Below, in pieces: positions 28,809-38,861 of a stretch of DNA of 64,000 bases. The DNA comes from Candidatus Limnocylindrales bacterium (GTDB lineage: Bacteria > Patescibacteriota > Microgenomatia > Levybacterales > UBA12049): NCBI GenBank assembly GCA_035526025.1, contig DATLDE010000018.1, positions 11,292 through 75,291 on the forward strand, given 5' to 3'. The notes under the pieces were generated by a model that saw only the letters and a program-made list of their open reading frames with translations, searched no databases and had not been told where the DNA came from. Both the position numbers and the translations under genes were made by a program. The first letter of the stretch is position 1, and every line of letters starts with the position of its first letter.

Positions 28809-28880
28809 GGGCCGCTAGCTCAATGGTAGAGCAGTACCCTCTTAAGGTATTTGTTCCGGGTTCGAGTCCCGGGCGGCTCA
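28809..28880 (+). tRNA. tRNA-Lys(CTT)
   Basis: Loop CT-CTT-AA, GTTCGAGTC T-loop. Confidence 0.92.
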
Positions 28881-28953
28881 CAAATAATTAAAATATTATA
28901 CTTAAATTCTTTTTATATTTTATGAGAGGAAAGTGTAGCAATTGCCAAGGAGA

Positions 28954-30675
28954 TTAGCTTCTTACGAGTAATTTTTGTGCTTTATTGAATTTCCTTTGCT
29001 CATTCTCAAACCATTTTTGATCCTCTGCCATTGCTTTTGCTATTTTTTTATCAAATTTATCATTTGTTTTTCTTTCTACTTTAGCTTTTGCACGTCTCTC
29101 GGTTTCCATATCTTGTCGTGCTTCGTCGATTATGCGAGCATCTTTTCTTGCTTGTCTTGCTTCTTTACTAAACGTCCTACTTGCTCCGACTGCAACTAAT
29201 GCAGCACCTACAGCAACCACGCCTCCTCCTGCTCCAGCAAGTGGGAGGAGATAATCACCTGCGCCTGTTCTCGCAAGATACATATCTGGCACACCTACCG
29301 TAGCAACTACTGGTGCTTGATAAACAACAACTACTGCGGGCGCTGTGGTGGGGGTTACAATTATCTCAGGCGCAGGGGGAGGAGTCACCACTTCTGGTAC
29401 TGTTACTGGTGGTACTGTTACTGGTGGAATAGTTGTGTCAGGAGTTGTTGTAGGTACTGTTGTCACTGGTGGTTTAGTTGTTGGAGTGGTAGTCGTGGTT
29501 GGTTTTTCATCATCTGGAGGACAAGTAGTAGTGGTAGTAGCCATTTTTTCTTCATCTTTCTTATCATCTTTCTTGTCTTTACCTTTATCTCCTTTTTCTA
29601 TAACCTTTCCATTTGCATCCTCCACTGTGGTCTCATCTCCATCACCACCGAGTGCTTTATCAATAGGTACATATACTTTATCATGCAAAATAGGACCGAC
29701 TACTGGCTTTAGCGATTCTGGCGTATTGTCATAAGCAATCTGTCCTGCATCAGTTACTACTTTAATCGCCGCAGGCCTAACGCTATCTAACGCATTGTCG
29801 ATAATTTGTGCATTTGGACTAGTGCTAGGCACTACAGCTGGAGATACTGCTACTTCAGGTGTAGCTTTTGCTACAGGTGCTAATTGTCTAGCTTCAGGAT
29901 GCAGAACTGCAACTGTTTGCGCTGCACGGCCTCCATCTGATGAGACTGCAGGCTGTTGCGCAATTACGGGCTCAGGTGTTGCAGCTGATCCTCTTGAACT
30001 ACTGATATCCTTACCGGATACTGCTGTCGCTTGTGCTAGAGCAGCATCAATTGCAGAACTAGCTGATGTTGCTGGTGCTTCAGCTGCAGCAGCTGATGTT
30101 GCGCCTGCTACTAATCCTACGAATAGAAGTGCTCCGCCTTCAGAAACTTTTACAACGGTCTTAAAATTTCTTCTTTTTGCTACTTCATCTGCCTGATCTG
30201 CTTCATTTTGTGCGTTTAATTTTTCAGCTCTTTTTCGAAGCTTGCTCTTTTCTGATAGTACTTTTCCTTCTAGTAACTTTTTGGCTTCTGGATGCGCATC
30301 AAAATATTTACCAGTTAATTTTGAAGAATCGATCTGGCCATTTTCCCCAACATGTTCAGGACGAAGTACTCTATTTCTCACCATTGCACCGATTTTTCCA
30401 TTCTCTGATCTCTTTTGTGCTTTTAACTGCTCAGGAGTTTGAGTTGGCTTTTCTTTTCTGAGTAACTGAAATCTTCTTGCGGGACTTGCTTCTGTAACTG
30501 GAGTTACAAATAATTCTCTTCGGTGAGTGCCTCCTAAACGGTGGAACAAACTTGGGGTATGTGCTTCAGGTGCTCCATGAACTGCATCAGTGCTTCTGGA
30601 TTTTCGTCCATGCATTTCAGGCGCTTGGAGTGGACCTCGATCTTTATTTGAAATTTTTCTTAATGCTTCTCTCAT
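28954..30675 (-). CDS. Pro/Thr/Ala-rich surface protein with internal signal peptide and LARTG sorting-like motif
   Basis: Basic N-terminal ~170 aa, hydrophobic segment ending AAAA|E, PTT/PPVTVP repeats, LARTG + TM + charged tail. Confidence 0.75.
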   Translation of the reverse strand: MREALRKISNKDRGPLQAPEMHGRKSRSTDAVHGAPEAHTPSLFHRLGGTHRRELFVTPVTEASPARRFQLLRKEKPTQTPEQLKAQKRSENGKIGAMVRNRVLRPEHVGENGQIDSSKLTGKYFDAHPEAKKLLEGKVLSEKSKLRKRAEKLNAQNEADQADEVAKRRNFKTVVKVSEGGALLFVGLVAGATSAAAAEAPATSASSAIDAALAQATAVSGKDISSSRGSAATPEPVIAQQPAVSSDGGRAAQTVAVLHPEARQLAPVAKATPEVAVSPAVVPSTSPNAQIIDNALDSVRPAAIKVVTDAGQIAYDNTPESLKPVVGPILHDKVYVPIDKALGGDGDETTVEDANGKVIEKGDKGKDKKDDKKDEEKMATTTTTCPPDDEKPTTTTTPTTKPPVTTVPTTTPDTTIPPVTVPPVTVPEVVTPPPAPEIIVTPTTAPAVVVVYQAPVVATVGVPDMYLARTGAGDYLLPLAGAGGGVVAVGAALVAVGASRTFSKEARQARKDARIIDEARQDMETERRAKAKVERKTNDKFDKKIAKAMAEDQKWFENEQRKFNKAQKLLVRS

Positions 30676-30748
30676 GTTTATAATTTTTGTTTCGAAATTA
30701 AATTTTTTGTTTTGTCAGTAACGTAAAACATTTCGAGGTAATGTTGGC

Positions 30749-30792
30749 ATTATACACTACATCTTATATAAGTCAAGTAGGAAAAGTGTAAG
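30749..30792 (-). promoter_or_regulatory. Promoter with direct repeats
   Basis: Minus strand: CTTAC-n6-CCTAC then TTGACT-16-TATAAT. Confidence 0.6.
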
Positions 30793-30821
30793 AGAGTGGA
30801 TTTAGCAATCCAAATAGGATT

Positions 30822-31262
30822 TTAGGCAGGTTTTTCGTATTTCAAATCGCGGTCTATAGTAGTCGCAGGATTCTTTTCAGAGAGCAACACAAGACTCCCA
30901 GCAATCAAAACAAGATTTTTCAATACACTTTCCCCAACTATAGAAAGTACTGGAAATCTCGGATCAAATCCATGAATGATAAGTAATAAAACTGTAGAAA
31001 TTGAAAGGTAAATAACTGTAACCAAAGATGCCAGCCTATCCATTTTATTGATCAAAAATGATATACCAATCCATATTTCAGTAAGCGCTACCAAAAATCC
31101 AAACATCACTGATTGTCCCAGAACTGGCGGTACCGAGCTTTGTAGAATTCCAAGCGAGGAACTAACTGCAAATAGCTTTAAGACTCCAAACCAAAGCATG
31201 CAGATCCCGAGTGATACACGAAGAATTGACAATGATTTTCTACTAATTATATCCACGTTCAT
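30822..31262 (-). CDS. DoxX-like membrane protein
   Basis: LRVSLG..LWFGVLK, E..IG, KNLVL. Confidence 0.78.
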   Translation of the reverse strand: MNVDIISRKSLSILRVSLGICMLWFGVLKLFAVSSSLGILQSSVPPVLGQSVMFGFLVALTEIWIGISFLINKMDRLASLVTVIYLSISTVLLLIIHGFDPRFPVLSIVGESVLKNLVLIAGSLVLLSEKNPATTIDRDLKYEKPA

Positions 31263-31285
31263 ATTATACACTTATTTTTGCCGCA

Positions 31286-31837
31286 TCAGCGAAGTAGAAC
31301 AGGCACTATTAATGTTTCATCATTCTCTGTAAGTCCTGATGGGTTTGCCTTCTCAAGAATCAACTTCCCTTTTGCGCTGCTACTGGCCACAAATTCTATC
31401 TCTCCACTGAATGGTACAAATTTCTCTGTCATCCACTCCTTATCAGTCGTCATAATTCCCTCTCCTATTATTTCCCCCTTCTCTCCAAGTAGTTTGGCCG
31501 TAAATTGTGCTTCAAAAAACCAATTGCCTCTTGCTTCACCAGTTATTTTTAGAGGGCTAACAATTTTTTCAACAGGTCTTGGAGAAATGATTTTGATTTT
31601 GTCATTTAATGTATTTTCATTTCCTATATTTTGCGTGATGAGCTTGCCCTCTTTGGTCCGGCATGACGGTGGATAGCTTTCAAGAACAGGATTGCCTTCT
31701 TTAACACATTCATCAAATGTGCCAGCAGCTTTGACTTCTTTATCATCAACTGTCGAACCATCAGGATTTGGTTGAAGTCTCCAAGCGATAATGAGAGCTA
31801 ATATAATAACAGCAGATAATAATATAAGTTTTTTCAT
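31286..31837 (-). CDS. Membrane-anchored Gmad2 Ig-like domain protein
   Basis: FDECVKEGNPVLESYPPSC module; SPLKITGEARGNWFFEA, NPSGL. Confidence 0.85.
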   Translation of the reverse strand: MKKLILLSAVIILALIIAWRLQPNPDGSTVDDKEVKAAGTFDECVKEGNPVLESYPPSCRTKEGKLITQNIGNENTLNDKIKIISPRPVEKIVSPLKITGEARGNWFFEAQFTAKLLGEKGEIIGEGIMTTDKEWMTEKFVPFSGEIEFVASSSAKGKLILEKANPSGLTENDETLIVPVLLR

Positions 31838-31910
31838 ACTTCGATTAACTCAGTATGATCTCTTCGAGCCTGAGCCTCAGAGCCGATGGCCTGAGCAATG
31901 CCGAAGGATC
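31834..31910. repeat. REP-like short imperfect palindromes (CTTCGA...CTCAG / CTGAG...CCGAAG)
   Basis: TCATACTTCGATTAACTCAGTATGA, CTTCGAGCCTGAGCCTCAG and CCTGAGCAATGCCGAAGG clustered; related copy at 51621-51637. Confidence 0.5.
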
Positions 31911-31978
31911 ATATGCATATTATACACAATAAAATCTTTGGTATTTGACGAATTTGTTAAATGGTGTATTATATAAAA

Positions 31979-32467
31979 ATGATAAAAGATATTCTTATAA
32001 TGATAGTAATAGGTATTATTTTCCTAGGCACTGTTTTATTTTTCTCACTAAGAGTCAGTAGCAAACCAAACATCGGCACGTCAAACACATCAACACCTGA
32101 AACAGCCAATACCGCGGATGCTCCTCAAGTAGAAGTAAAAATCCCTGACAATTTAAAAATCGACGATTCAGTTGAGGGTACAGGACCAGCCGTAAAATCA
32201 GGTGATACCATCACTATTCACTATGCAGGAAGGCTTGAGGATGGTACGCCATTTGACAGTTCATATGATAGAGGCGAGCCATTTACCACCCAGATAGGTG
32301 TCGGACAAGTTATAAAAGGATGGGATCTGGGAGTAGTTGGTATGAAAGTAGGCGGAAAACGAAAACTTACTATCCCACCAGATCTAGGCTATGGAGATCA
32401 GGATCAAGGCAAAATTCCCCCAAACTCCACACTCATTTTTGATGTTGAGCTGATGGAAATAAAATAG
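31979..32467 (+). CDS. FKBP-type peptidyl-prolyl isomerase, membrane-anchored
   Basis: HYAG.L.DG..FDSS, VIKGWD.G..GMKVG, IPP.LGYG, LIFDVEL; N-terminal TM. Confidence 0.93.
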   Translation: MIKDILIMIVIGIIFLGTVLFFSLRVSSKPNIGTSNTSTPETANTADAPQVEVKIPDNLKIDDSVEGTGPAVKSGDTITIHYAGRLEDGTPFDSSYDRGEPFTTQIGVGQVIKGWDLGVVGMKVGGKRKLTIPPDLGYGDQDQGKIPPNSTLIFDVELMEIK

Positions 32468-32509
32468 AACATGTTTTTTTGCATATATAAAATTAGCTAA
32501 ATTTTTTTT

Positions 32510-32713
32510 ATGTCACAAGGTGAAACATTCATTACCATTCTCCTCGCTGTCATCGCGTACTTTCTATACCTAATAACCAAACAGTTGTCGTACCTGAGTG
32601 GAAAAAGAATTAGATTTGGCTTTAAGTTACCCGAATTCCAAGCAAAAAGGTATAAAAGTGATCATTCGACAGGAACATTGCAGCCTAAAAAAGAACCCAA
32701 ACTCCCCAACTAA
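32510..32713 (+). CDS. Small membrane protein
   Basis: TM plus basic tail; followed by hairpin TACTTCCCAAA...TTTGGGAGTA. Confidence 0.65.
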   Translation: MSQGETFITILLAVIAYFLYLITKQLSYLSGKRIRFGFKLPEFQAKRYKSDHSTGTLQPKKEPKLPN

Positions 32714-32830
32714 TTTCATCCAAACTTCCTACTTCCCAAATCCCCAATTTTGGGAGTAAAATATTAAATAGGTACTTGATCAAAATTTAGCACTGGACAT
32801 TTATAAAATCTTATAGTATAATTACCCATC

Positions 32831-32989
32831 ATGATTGATTACGACGAACTAAACGACCGAGAAAAATCAGTGGATTACCCTGAAGAATTTATCGAAGAAC
32901 TTCGAGCAGAATTTCGCTCAGGTGATACACATGAAGCGCTTGCGCGTGCTGAAAAACAGAATATCGACATACAGCAAATCATTGAGTAA
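32831..32989 (+). CDS. Small acidic protein, 52 aa, below ORF-track cutoff
   Basis: MIDYDELNDREKSVDYPEEFIEELRAEFRSG...; TGGACA-17-TATAAT promoter 8 nt upstream. Confidence 0.65.
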   Translation: MIDYDELNDREKSVDYPEEFIEELRAEFRSGDTHEALARAEKQNIDIQQIIE

Positions 32990-32994
32990 CTTCT

Positions 32995-33210
32995 TTAGTT
33001 ATTTATTATTACATCCTCGTCATCATCTGTTTTATCTACTACTGTTGTTTCTGTAATTTTTTCGACGAATGGCTGTCCTTTCATAGTGCAGACATCTGCG
33101 CCGCAAGCTGTAAGCCCGCCATCATACTGTTCCTGAGATATCTCAGCATGACACGAACCAGAACATGCATATGATTTTTTTGTAGTCTGTGTTGTTTGGA
33201 TAATATCCAT
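32995..33210 (-). CDS. Small Cys-rich protein (possible metal binding)
   Basis: CSGSCH...CGADVC; extended SD AAAGGAGGTGA. Confidence 0.75.
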   Translation of the reverse strand: MDIIQTTQTTKKSYACSGSCHAEISQEQYDGGLTACGADVCTMKGQPFVEKITETTVVDKTDDDEDVIINN

Positions 33211-33299
33211 ATCAAATCACCTCCTTTAAAATGACTTTTGTATTACTATTTTTCAGTGTTATCATTGAAGAAATATCTCTAACGAAAAGCAGAATTCTA

Positions 33300-33635
33300 T
33301 TATTTTATTCCTAGAAGTTCTACTTCAAAGATAAGTGTCGCGTCCCCTGGTATATCAGGATCTACTCCATAACGACCATATGCAAGCTCAGGTGGTATAG
33401 TCAATTTTCTAACCCCCCCGACTTTCATGCCAGGAACTCCCATATCCCATCCTTTTATTACATATCCTGCTCCAATTCTTACTTCAAATGGGGCGTCACG
33501 ATCAACAGAACTATCAAATTTGGTACCATCCTCTAGCCATCCAGTGTAGTGAATTGAAACAAGATCATTTTCTTTTGCAACTTGTCCAGTTCCCATTTCA
33601 ATATCTTCGATTTTAAGTTTCTTGGCATCAGCCAT
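33300..33635 (-). CDS. FKBP-type peptidyl-prolyl isomerase, cytoplasmic
   Basis: HYTGWLEDGTKFDSS, VIKGWD, LIFEVEL. Confidence 0.93.
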   Translation of the reverse strand: MADAKKLKIEDIEMGTGQVAKENDLVSIHYTGWLEDGTKFDSSVDRDAPFEVRIGAGYVIKGWDMGVPGMKVGGVRKLTIPPELAYGRYGVDPDIPGDATLIFEVELLGIK

Positions 33636-33641
33636 AATTAT

Positions 33642-33685
33642 ATTATAAAGCAATAGCTTTAATTTGGTGGTAAGAATTGTGTAAG
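33642..33685 (-). promoter_or_regulatory. Direct-repeat promoter, apparently leaderless
   Basis: Minus strand: CTTAC-n6-CTTAC-22 nt-TATAAT-6 nt-ATG. Confidence 0.6.
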
Positions 33686-33699
33686 CTCAAATAATAGTT

Positions 33700-34683
33700 T
33701 TACTTGTCATCCATCTCGTCATGCATAAAATCAGTTATTGCAGGGAGACTAGCAGCAAAAGGAAGTGCCAAGAATGCTCCAACAATTCCAAATAACGAAC
33801 TGCCTATCAGTACAGCCAAAAATCCAAGAGCGGGTGACAGCTTAAGTGCTTTATTGTAAATCGCAGGCGCTATTACAGTCCCTTCCAATTGTTGATAAAT
33901 GAGATAGAGTGCGAGTGTCAAAAATCCGGTAAGAGGAGAAACAGAAAATGCCAAGATCACAGCAGGAATTGCACCAATAGAGGAGCCCACAAGTGGCAAT
34001 AGATCAAATATTGCTGTGAAAATAGCCAACGGCATAGCATATGGGACTTGCAAAATCAGAAGGCCTGTATAAATTATCACACCGCAGATGAGTGAAATTA
34101 GCAAATTTCCTCTTATGTATTGACCGTTGATTTCTCCCAATTTTATTAATAAGCTTTTTACCCTTGCCCGAGTTGACCTATCAAACAATGAAAGAAATAT
34201 AGATGTTAAACGCTCTGAATCAACCAGCAAAAAAAATGTCAATACAAATATAGCAATTGCCGAGCTAATGATATGTGTAATTAATCCTGTTGATTCAAGA
34301 ATATATTTCCCTCCCCTTTCAACATACTGATTGAAGTCAATATTTCGAAGTGACTCAGGAAGAAATAATGAATCGTTTAACAACGAATTCACCTTCTTCA
34401 ACAAGTCAGGAAATTCTGAAATCAAACTTGGGAGCGCTGTTGCTCCGATTAAGAAAAAAGGCAGCACAAGTAAAAGCACAACAAGAAGCGCTGAAATACC
34501 TAAAGGCAATTTTTGATTCACTTTCTTAACGACAGGAAATAATGCAGTCGCAAGCATTATGGAAATAAGAATAACCAGAAGAATACCCGAAGCTTTCCAA
34601 ATAAGATATACGGCGACTAAAGAAACTACTATCCTTATTATTGCTCCAAAACTAAATGGATGCTCCTGAAACTTTACAATCAT
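33700..34683 (-). CDS. AI-2E family transporter (second paralogue)
   Basis: YIRG, LPLVG, QQLEG..IAP, GAFLALP. Confidence 0.88.
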   Translation of the reverse strand: MIVKFQEHPFSFGAIIRIVVSLVAVYLIWKASGILLVILISIMLATALFPVVKKVNQKLPLGISALLVVLLLVLPFFLIGATALPSLISEFPDLLKKVNSLLNDSLFLPESLRNIDFNQYVERGGKYILESTGLITHIISSAIAIFVLTFFLLVDSERLTSIFLSLFDRSTRARVKSLLIKLGEINGQYIRGNLLISLICGVIIYTGLLILQVPYAMPLAIFTAIFDLLPLVGSSIGAIPAVILAFSVSPLTGFLTLALYLIYQQLEGTVIAPAIYNKALKLSPALGFLAVLIGSSLFGIVGAFLALPFAASLPAITDFMHDEMDDK

Positions 34684-34740
34684 AACTGCATTATAAACTA
34701 TGGCTACTTATTATAAAAGAGTTCTGATAAAATGCAGGTT

Positions 34741-35751
34741 ATGCAATATAAATTTCAGCATTCAGTTGTTGGCGGCACTTTTGATAGATTTCATGTTGGG
34801 CACAAAAAACTATTTACTGAAGCTTTCAAATTATCTGATGAAGTTATTATAGGGATTTCAACTTCTAAACTTTATAGTAACAAACCATATTCCCATATTG
34901 TTGAGGACTATCAGGCCCGTAAAACCTTAGTTGAAAACTATCTAAAAAAATATGATTTGTCAGAAAGATCATCAATTGTCCCGATTGATGATATATATGG
35001 GAATACTTTATCAAATGTAAATATTGAAGCAATTTTTGTGACTGACGACACCATAAGTGCAGCTCAAGCTATTAATGCCAAGAGACTTTCATCTGGATTT
35101 GCGGCACTTAAGATTGAAAAAGTTGAATTTGTCCTGGCTGATGACTTGGAAAAAGTATCATCAGAACGTATAAGAAAAGGAGAAATTGACAGAGATGGAA
35201 ATTCATACCATATGCTTTTCTTTGATAAAAAAAGGCTTATTCTTCCTGAAGAATTACGAAGCGATCTTAAAAAACCCTTTGGAAAAGTTATTAAGGATCT
35301 CTCAGAAATTGAGAAATTTATTGATAAAAAAAATATGCTTTTTGCAGTAGGGGACATTATCGTTATGAATTTATATAAAATGAATATAAATCCCGATATA
35401 AGTATAATAGACTATAAAACAAGACGGCATGCTCTTAACGTTGAGGATAAGATGCTACTTGAATCAATATCTAAAAAGGAGAATGTACTTAATGCTGAAA
35501 ATACCCCCGGAACAATTGAAAGACGCGCAGTAGGAATAATCAGAAGAGCCTTTGAGGATTTATCAAAAACAAATCGCCAACAAATGATAATAGTAGATGG
35601 TGAAGAAGATCTGCTGACACTCCCAATTATTGCCTTATCCCCTCTTGACTCAATAGTCCTATATGGCCAACCAGACAAAGGAATAGTTATGGTAAAAGTA
35701 ACTGAAAAAAAGAAAAAAGAAGTAAAATATTTTTTGAGCAAAATGCGCTGA
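34741..35751 (+). CDS. coaD: Archaeal/eukaryote-type phosphopantetheine adenylyltransferase fused to DUF359 GTP-dependent dephospho-CoA kinase
   Basis: VGGTFDRFHVGH, VSSERIR; then LK.PFG, VGD, DYKTRR, VDGEEDLL, YGQP. Confidence 0.82.
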   Translation: MQYKFQHSVVGGTFDRFHVGHKKLFTEAFKLSDEVIIGISTSKLYSNKPYSHIVEDYQARKTLVENYLKKYDLSERSSIVPIDDIYGNTLSNVNIEAIFVTDDTISAAQAINAKRLSSGFAALKIEKVEFVLADDLEKVSSERIRKGEIDRDGNSYHMLFFDKKRLILPEELRSDLKKPFGKVIKDLSEIEKFIDKKNMLFAVGDIIVMNLYKMNINPDISIIDYKTRRHALNVEDKMLLESISKKENVLNAENTPGTIERRAVGIIRRAFEDLSKTNRQQMIIVDGEEDLLTLPIIALSPLDSIVLYGQPDKGIVMVKVTEKKKKEVKYFLSKMR

Positions 35752-35805
35752 TTGATAATCCTAAAAATTTCCTCTATAATAAATGATCGCTGAAATCAGA
35801 CGATT

Positions 35806-38748
35806 ATGGAATCAATTAACGTAAAAGGAGCAAGAGAACACAACCTCAAAAATATAGATTTGGTTATCCCCAAAAACAAACTAGTCATATTTACGGGCCT
35901 TTCAGGAAGTGGTAAATCATCACTTGCTTTTGATACTGTCTATGCTGAAGGACAACGCCGTTATGTAGAAAGTCTATCATCTTACGCTAGACAATTTCTG
36001 GGGACTATGAAAAAACCAGATGTTGATCTTATCGAAGGACTTTCCCCAGCCATTTCAATTGATCAAAAATCCACATCCAGAAATCCCCGCTCAACTGTTG
36101 GAACAGTAACGGAAATATATGATTATATGCGATTGCTTTTTGCGAGAGTTGGGCATCCCCACTGTCCTAATTGCGGACGGGAAATCGCCAGTCTTTCCAA
36201 AGAGCAAATCGTAAATTCTATTCTCGACATGCCAGATAAATTTAAGGATAAGTCAATCAAGCAACACAGAGTACTACTTCTGGCACCAATCGTGAAAGAC
36301 AGAAAAGGTGAATATAATGAATTATTTAAAGACCTAAAAAAAAGAGGATATAGCAAAGTAAGAATAGATAGAAAAATTTATGATTTAACAGATGACGTTG
36401 TTCTTATCAAGACAAATAAGCATTCAATTGATCTCGTCATCGACGCTATCACAATCACCAAAGAAACAGATCGACTAAGACTTTCAACTGATGTTGAACA
36501 GGCACTTAAATTTGGAGACGGCGAAATGATAGTGTCTAGAATACTTGATGCATCTTTATCTATGCCTGAAAAGCCTGAAAAACTGGAAGACCATCTTTTT
36601 TCTGAAAAGTTTGCCTGTCCAATTTGTAATATTTCTCTCCCTGAAATAGAACCGAGAATTTTTTCATTCAATACTCCTCATGGTGCATGCCCGACATGCT
36701 CAGGGCTTGGAAGAATACTGGATGCTGATCCTGAGCTTGTTTTTAATGAAAATCTTTCAATCAATGAAGGAGGAATTACGCCTTTTTTCAACACTATAAA
36801 TAATGACACATGGTTCGCAAGAACTCTTAAAACTTTTGCGCAAGAACACAATATCCCACTAGACAAGCGTTTTTCTGAAATTTCCAAACAACATAAAGAA
36901 CTTCTCTTGAATGGAACAGGCGAAAAAGAATACTTTGTTGAGGGAGAGAATCGGTGGGGTAGATCAACAGTGATAAGTGAACCATTTAGAGGCATTGCTG
37001 GGGAATTGAAGAAGAAATATAACGAATCCGATTCACAATACTTAAGAACTCAAATTGATAAGTTCATGCGCTATGAAGTGTGTGACAGATGCAATGGTGG
37101 ACGACTTAAAAAAGAAGCTTTTTCTGTAACTATTGATGGGAAATCAATTGTCGAAGTGTCCAATTTACCGATCGAGAAAGCTTTAGATTTTATAACAAAC
37201 CTGCCAAATGTATTGAGTGCAAGGGAACAAGAAATAGGAAAAATGATTTTAAGAGAAATTATTGAACGGGTGTCATTTTTAAAAGATGTAGGCCTTGAAT
37301 ATCTGACACTTGCCCGCTCAGCTGGATCTCTGTCAGGAGGTGAGGCACAAAGAATAAGACTGGCATCACAAATTGGAAGTGGGCTGACAGGAGTTCTATA
37401 TGTACTGGACGAACCATCAATAGGACTTCATCAAAGGGATAATTCCAAACTTATTGAGACTCTAAAGAAATTGAGAGATCTTGGAAATACAGTACTAGTT
37501 GTTGAACATGATCAAGATACGATGGAAGCAAGTGATTATATTTTTGATTTCGGGCCGGGAGCCGGAGTAAATGGTGGAAATATTATTTCTCACGGCACAA
37601 TTGATCACATCAAAAATGATAAAAACTCAATTACAGGACTTTACCTTTCTGGAAAAAAGAAGATAAAAGTCGATAAAGCAAATACTGACACCTCTCCTGC
37701 TATTGCAAATAGCTTGTCAAAAAATAACGTTAGCAATGGAACAAATAATCTTCCAAAAAATTTAAGTATAATCGGAGCAAGTGAACATAATCTCAAAAAT
37801 ATTAATGTTGAATTTCCTCTAAATAAACTTGTAGTTGTAACAGGAGTATCAGGTTCTGGAAAATCGACCCTGATAAATGATATTTTATTCCACGCATTGA
37901 TGCAAATGAAAAATGCGTATCATCCACAAAAACCGGGCAAATTTGAGACCTTAAAGGGAGCAGAAAATATCCGAAGCGTATTTGCAATTGACCAGTCCCC
38001 AATCGGTCGAACTCCTCGATCAAATCCTGCTACATATACTGGTGCATTTACATATATGAGGACTTTATTTGCATCTACAAAAGAAGCCAAACTCAGAGGA
38101 TATGGTCCCGGAAGATTTTCCTTCAATGTAAAAGGGGGCAGGTGTGAAGCTTGTGAGGGCGAAGGGCAAATTAAAATTGAGATGCAATTCATGCCTGATG
38201 TGTACATAGCGTGCGAAGTATGTGAAGGAAAACAATACAATCATGAAGCGCTTGAAGTACTTTTCAATGGCAAAAATATAGCTGAGGTACTGGATATGAC
38301 GGTTGCAGAAGCTGTAAATTTCTTTTCTTTCGTACCCCCACTTGCAAGAAAGCTCGCAACCCTGAACGATGTAGGCCTATCATACATAAAACTCGGACAA
38401 CCAGCTCCTACTCTGTCAGGTGGAGAAGCACAGCGAGTAAAACTCGCTACAGAGCTGTCGAAAAAAGGAAGAGACGCTTTATATCTGCTTGATGAACCAA
38501 CAACAGGACTCCACTTTGCAGATTTGGAAAAACTTCTGTATGTGTTAAGAGGACTTGTAGATGCTGGAAATTCCGTGTTGGTGATCGAACATAATCTTGA
38601 TGTTATTAAAAATGCAGATTATATAATTGATTTGGGACCGGAAGGTGGCGAAAAAGGTGGTCAAGTTGTTGCAACAGGAACTCCTACAGAAATTGCTTCC
38701 AATACCAATTCCTGGACAGGAAAATTTCTCAAAAAAGTACTAGAATAG
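35806..38748 (+). CDS. uvrA: Excinuclease ABC subunit A
   Basis: GAREHNLKN, two Walker A motifs, Zn fingers, LSGGEAQR twice. Confidence 0.98.
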   Translation: MESINVKGAREHNLKNIDLVIPKNKLVIFTGLSGSGKSSLAFDTVYAEGQRRYVESLSSYARQFLGTMKKPDVDLIEGLSPAISIDQKSTSRNPRSTVGTVTEIYDYMRLLFARVGHPHCPNCGREIASLSKEQIVNSILDMPDKFKDKSIKQHRVLLLAPIVKDRKGEYNELFKDLKKRGYSKVRIDRKIYDLTDDVVLIKTNKHSIDLVIDAITITKETDRLRLSTDVEQALKFGDGEMIVSRILDASLSMPEKPEKLEDHLFSEKFACPICNISLPEIEPRIFSFNTPHGACPTCSGLGRILDADPELVFNENLSINEGGITPFFNTINNDTWFARTLKTFAQEHNIPLDKRFSEISKQHKELLLNGTGEKEYFVEGENRWGRSTVISEPFRGIAGELKKKYNESDSQYLRTQIDKFMRYEVCDRCNGGRLKKEAFSVTIDGKSIVEVSNLPIEKALDFITNLPNVLSAREQEIGKMILREIIERVSFLKDVGLEYLTLARSAGSLSGGEAQRIRLASQIGSGLTGVLYVLDEPSIGLHQRDNSKLIETLKKLRDLGNTVLVVEHDQDTMEASDYIFDFGPGAGVNGGNIISHGTIDHIKNDKNSITGLYLSGKKKIKVDKANTDTSPAIANSLSKNNVSNGTNNLPKNLSIIGASEHNLKNINVEFPLNKLVVVTGVSGSGKSTLINDILFHALMQMKNAYHPQKPGKFETLKGAENIRSVFAIDQSPIGRTPRSNPATYTGAFTYMRTLFASTKEAKLRGYGPGRFSFNVKGGRCEACEGEGQIKIEMQFMPDVYIACEVCEGKQYNHEALEVLFNGKNIAEVLDMTVAEAVNFFSFVPPLARKLATLNDVGLSYIKLGQPAPTLSGGEAQRVKLATELSKKGRDALYLLDEPTTGLHFADLEKLLYVLRGLVDAGNSVLVIEHNLDVIKNADYIIDLGPEGGEKGGQVVATGTPTEIASNTNSWTGKFLKKVLE

Positions 38749-38756
38749 TTATAGTT

Positions 38757-38861
38757 AATTTTAATTTTCAGTTTTCAATTTTTAATGAAATCCGGAATTT
38801 AAATTTAAATTTTAAATAATTGAAAATTCAATGAAAATTGTAAATTTTAAATTGAAAATTT
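38757..38861. repeat. AT-rich inverted heptad-like repeat (AATTTTC / GAAAATT) overlapping the start of the next gene
   Basis: aattttcagttttcaatttt...ttgaaaattcaatgaaaattgtaaattttaaattgaaaatt; encodes MKIVNFKLKI. Confidence 0.55.

Noticed and set aside
29330-29540. Short tandem repeats (GGTACTGTTACTGGT) as a CRISPR or other array
   Set aside because: They are codon-level repeats of the Pro/Thr stalk; no constant repeat-spacer structure or cas genes
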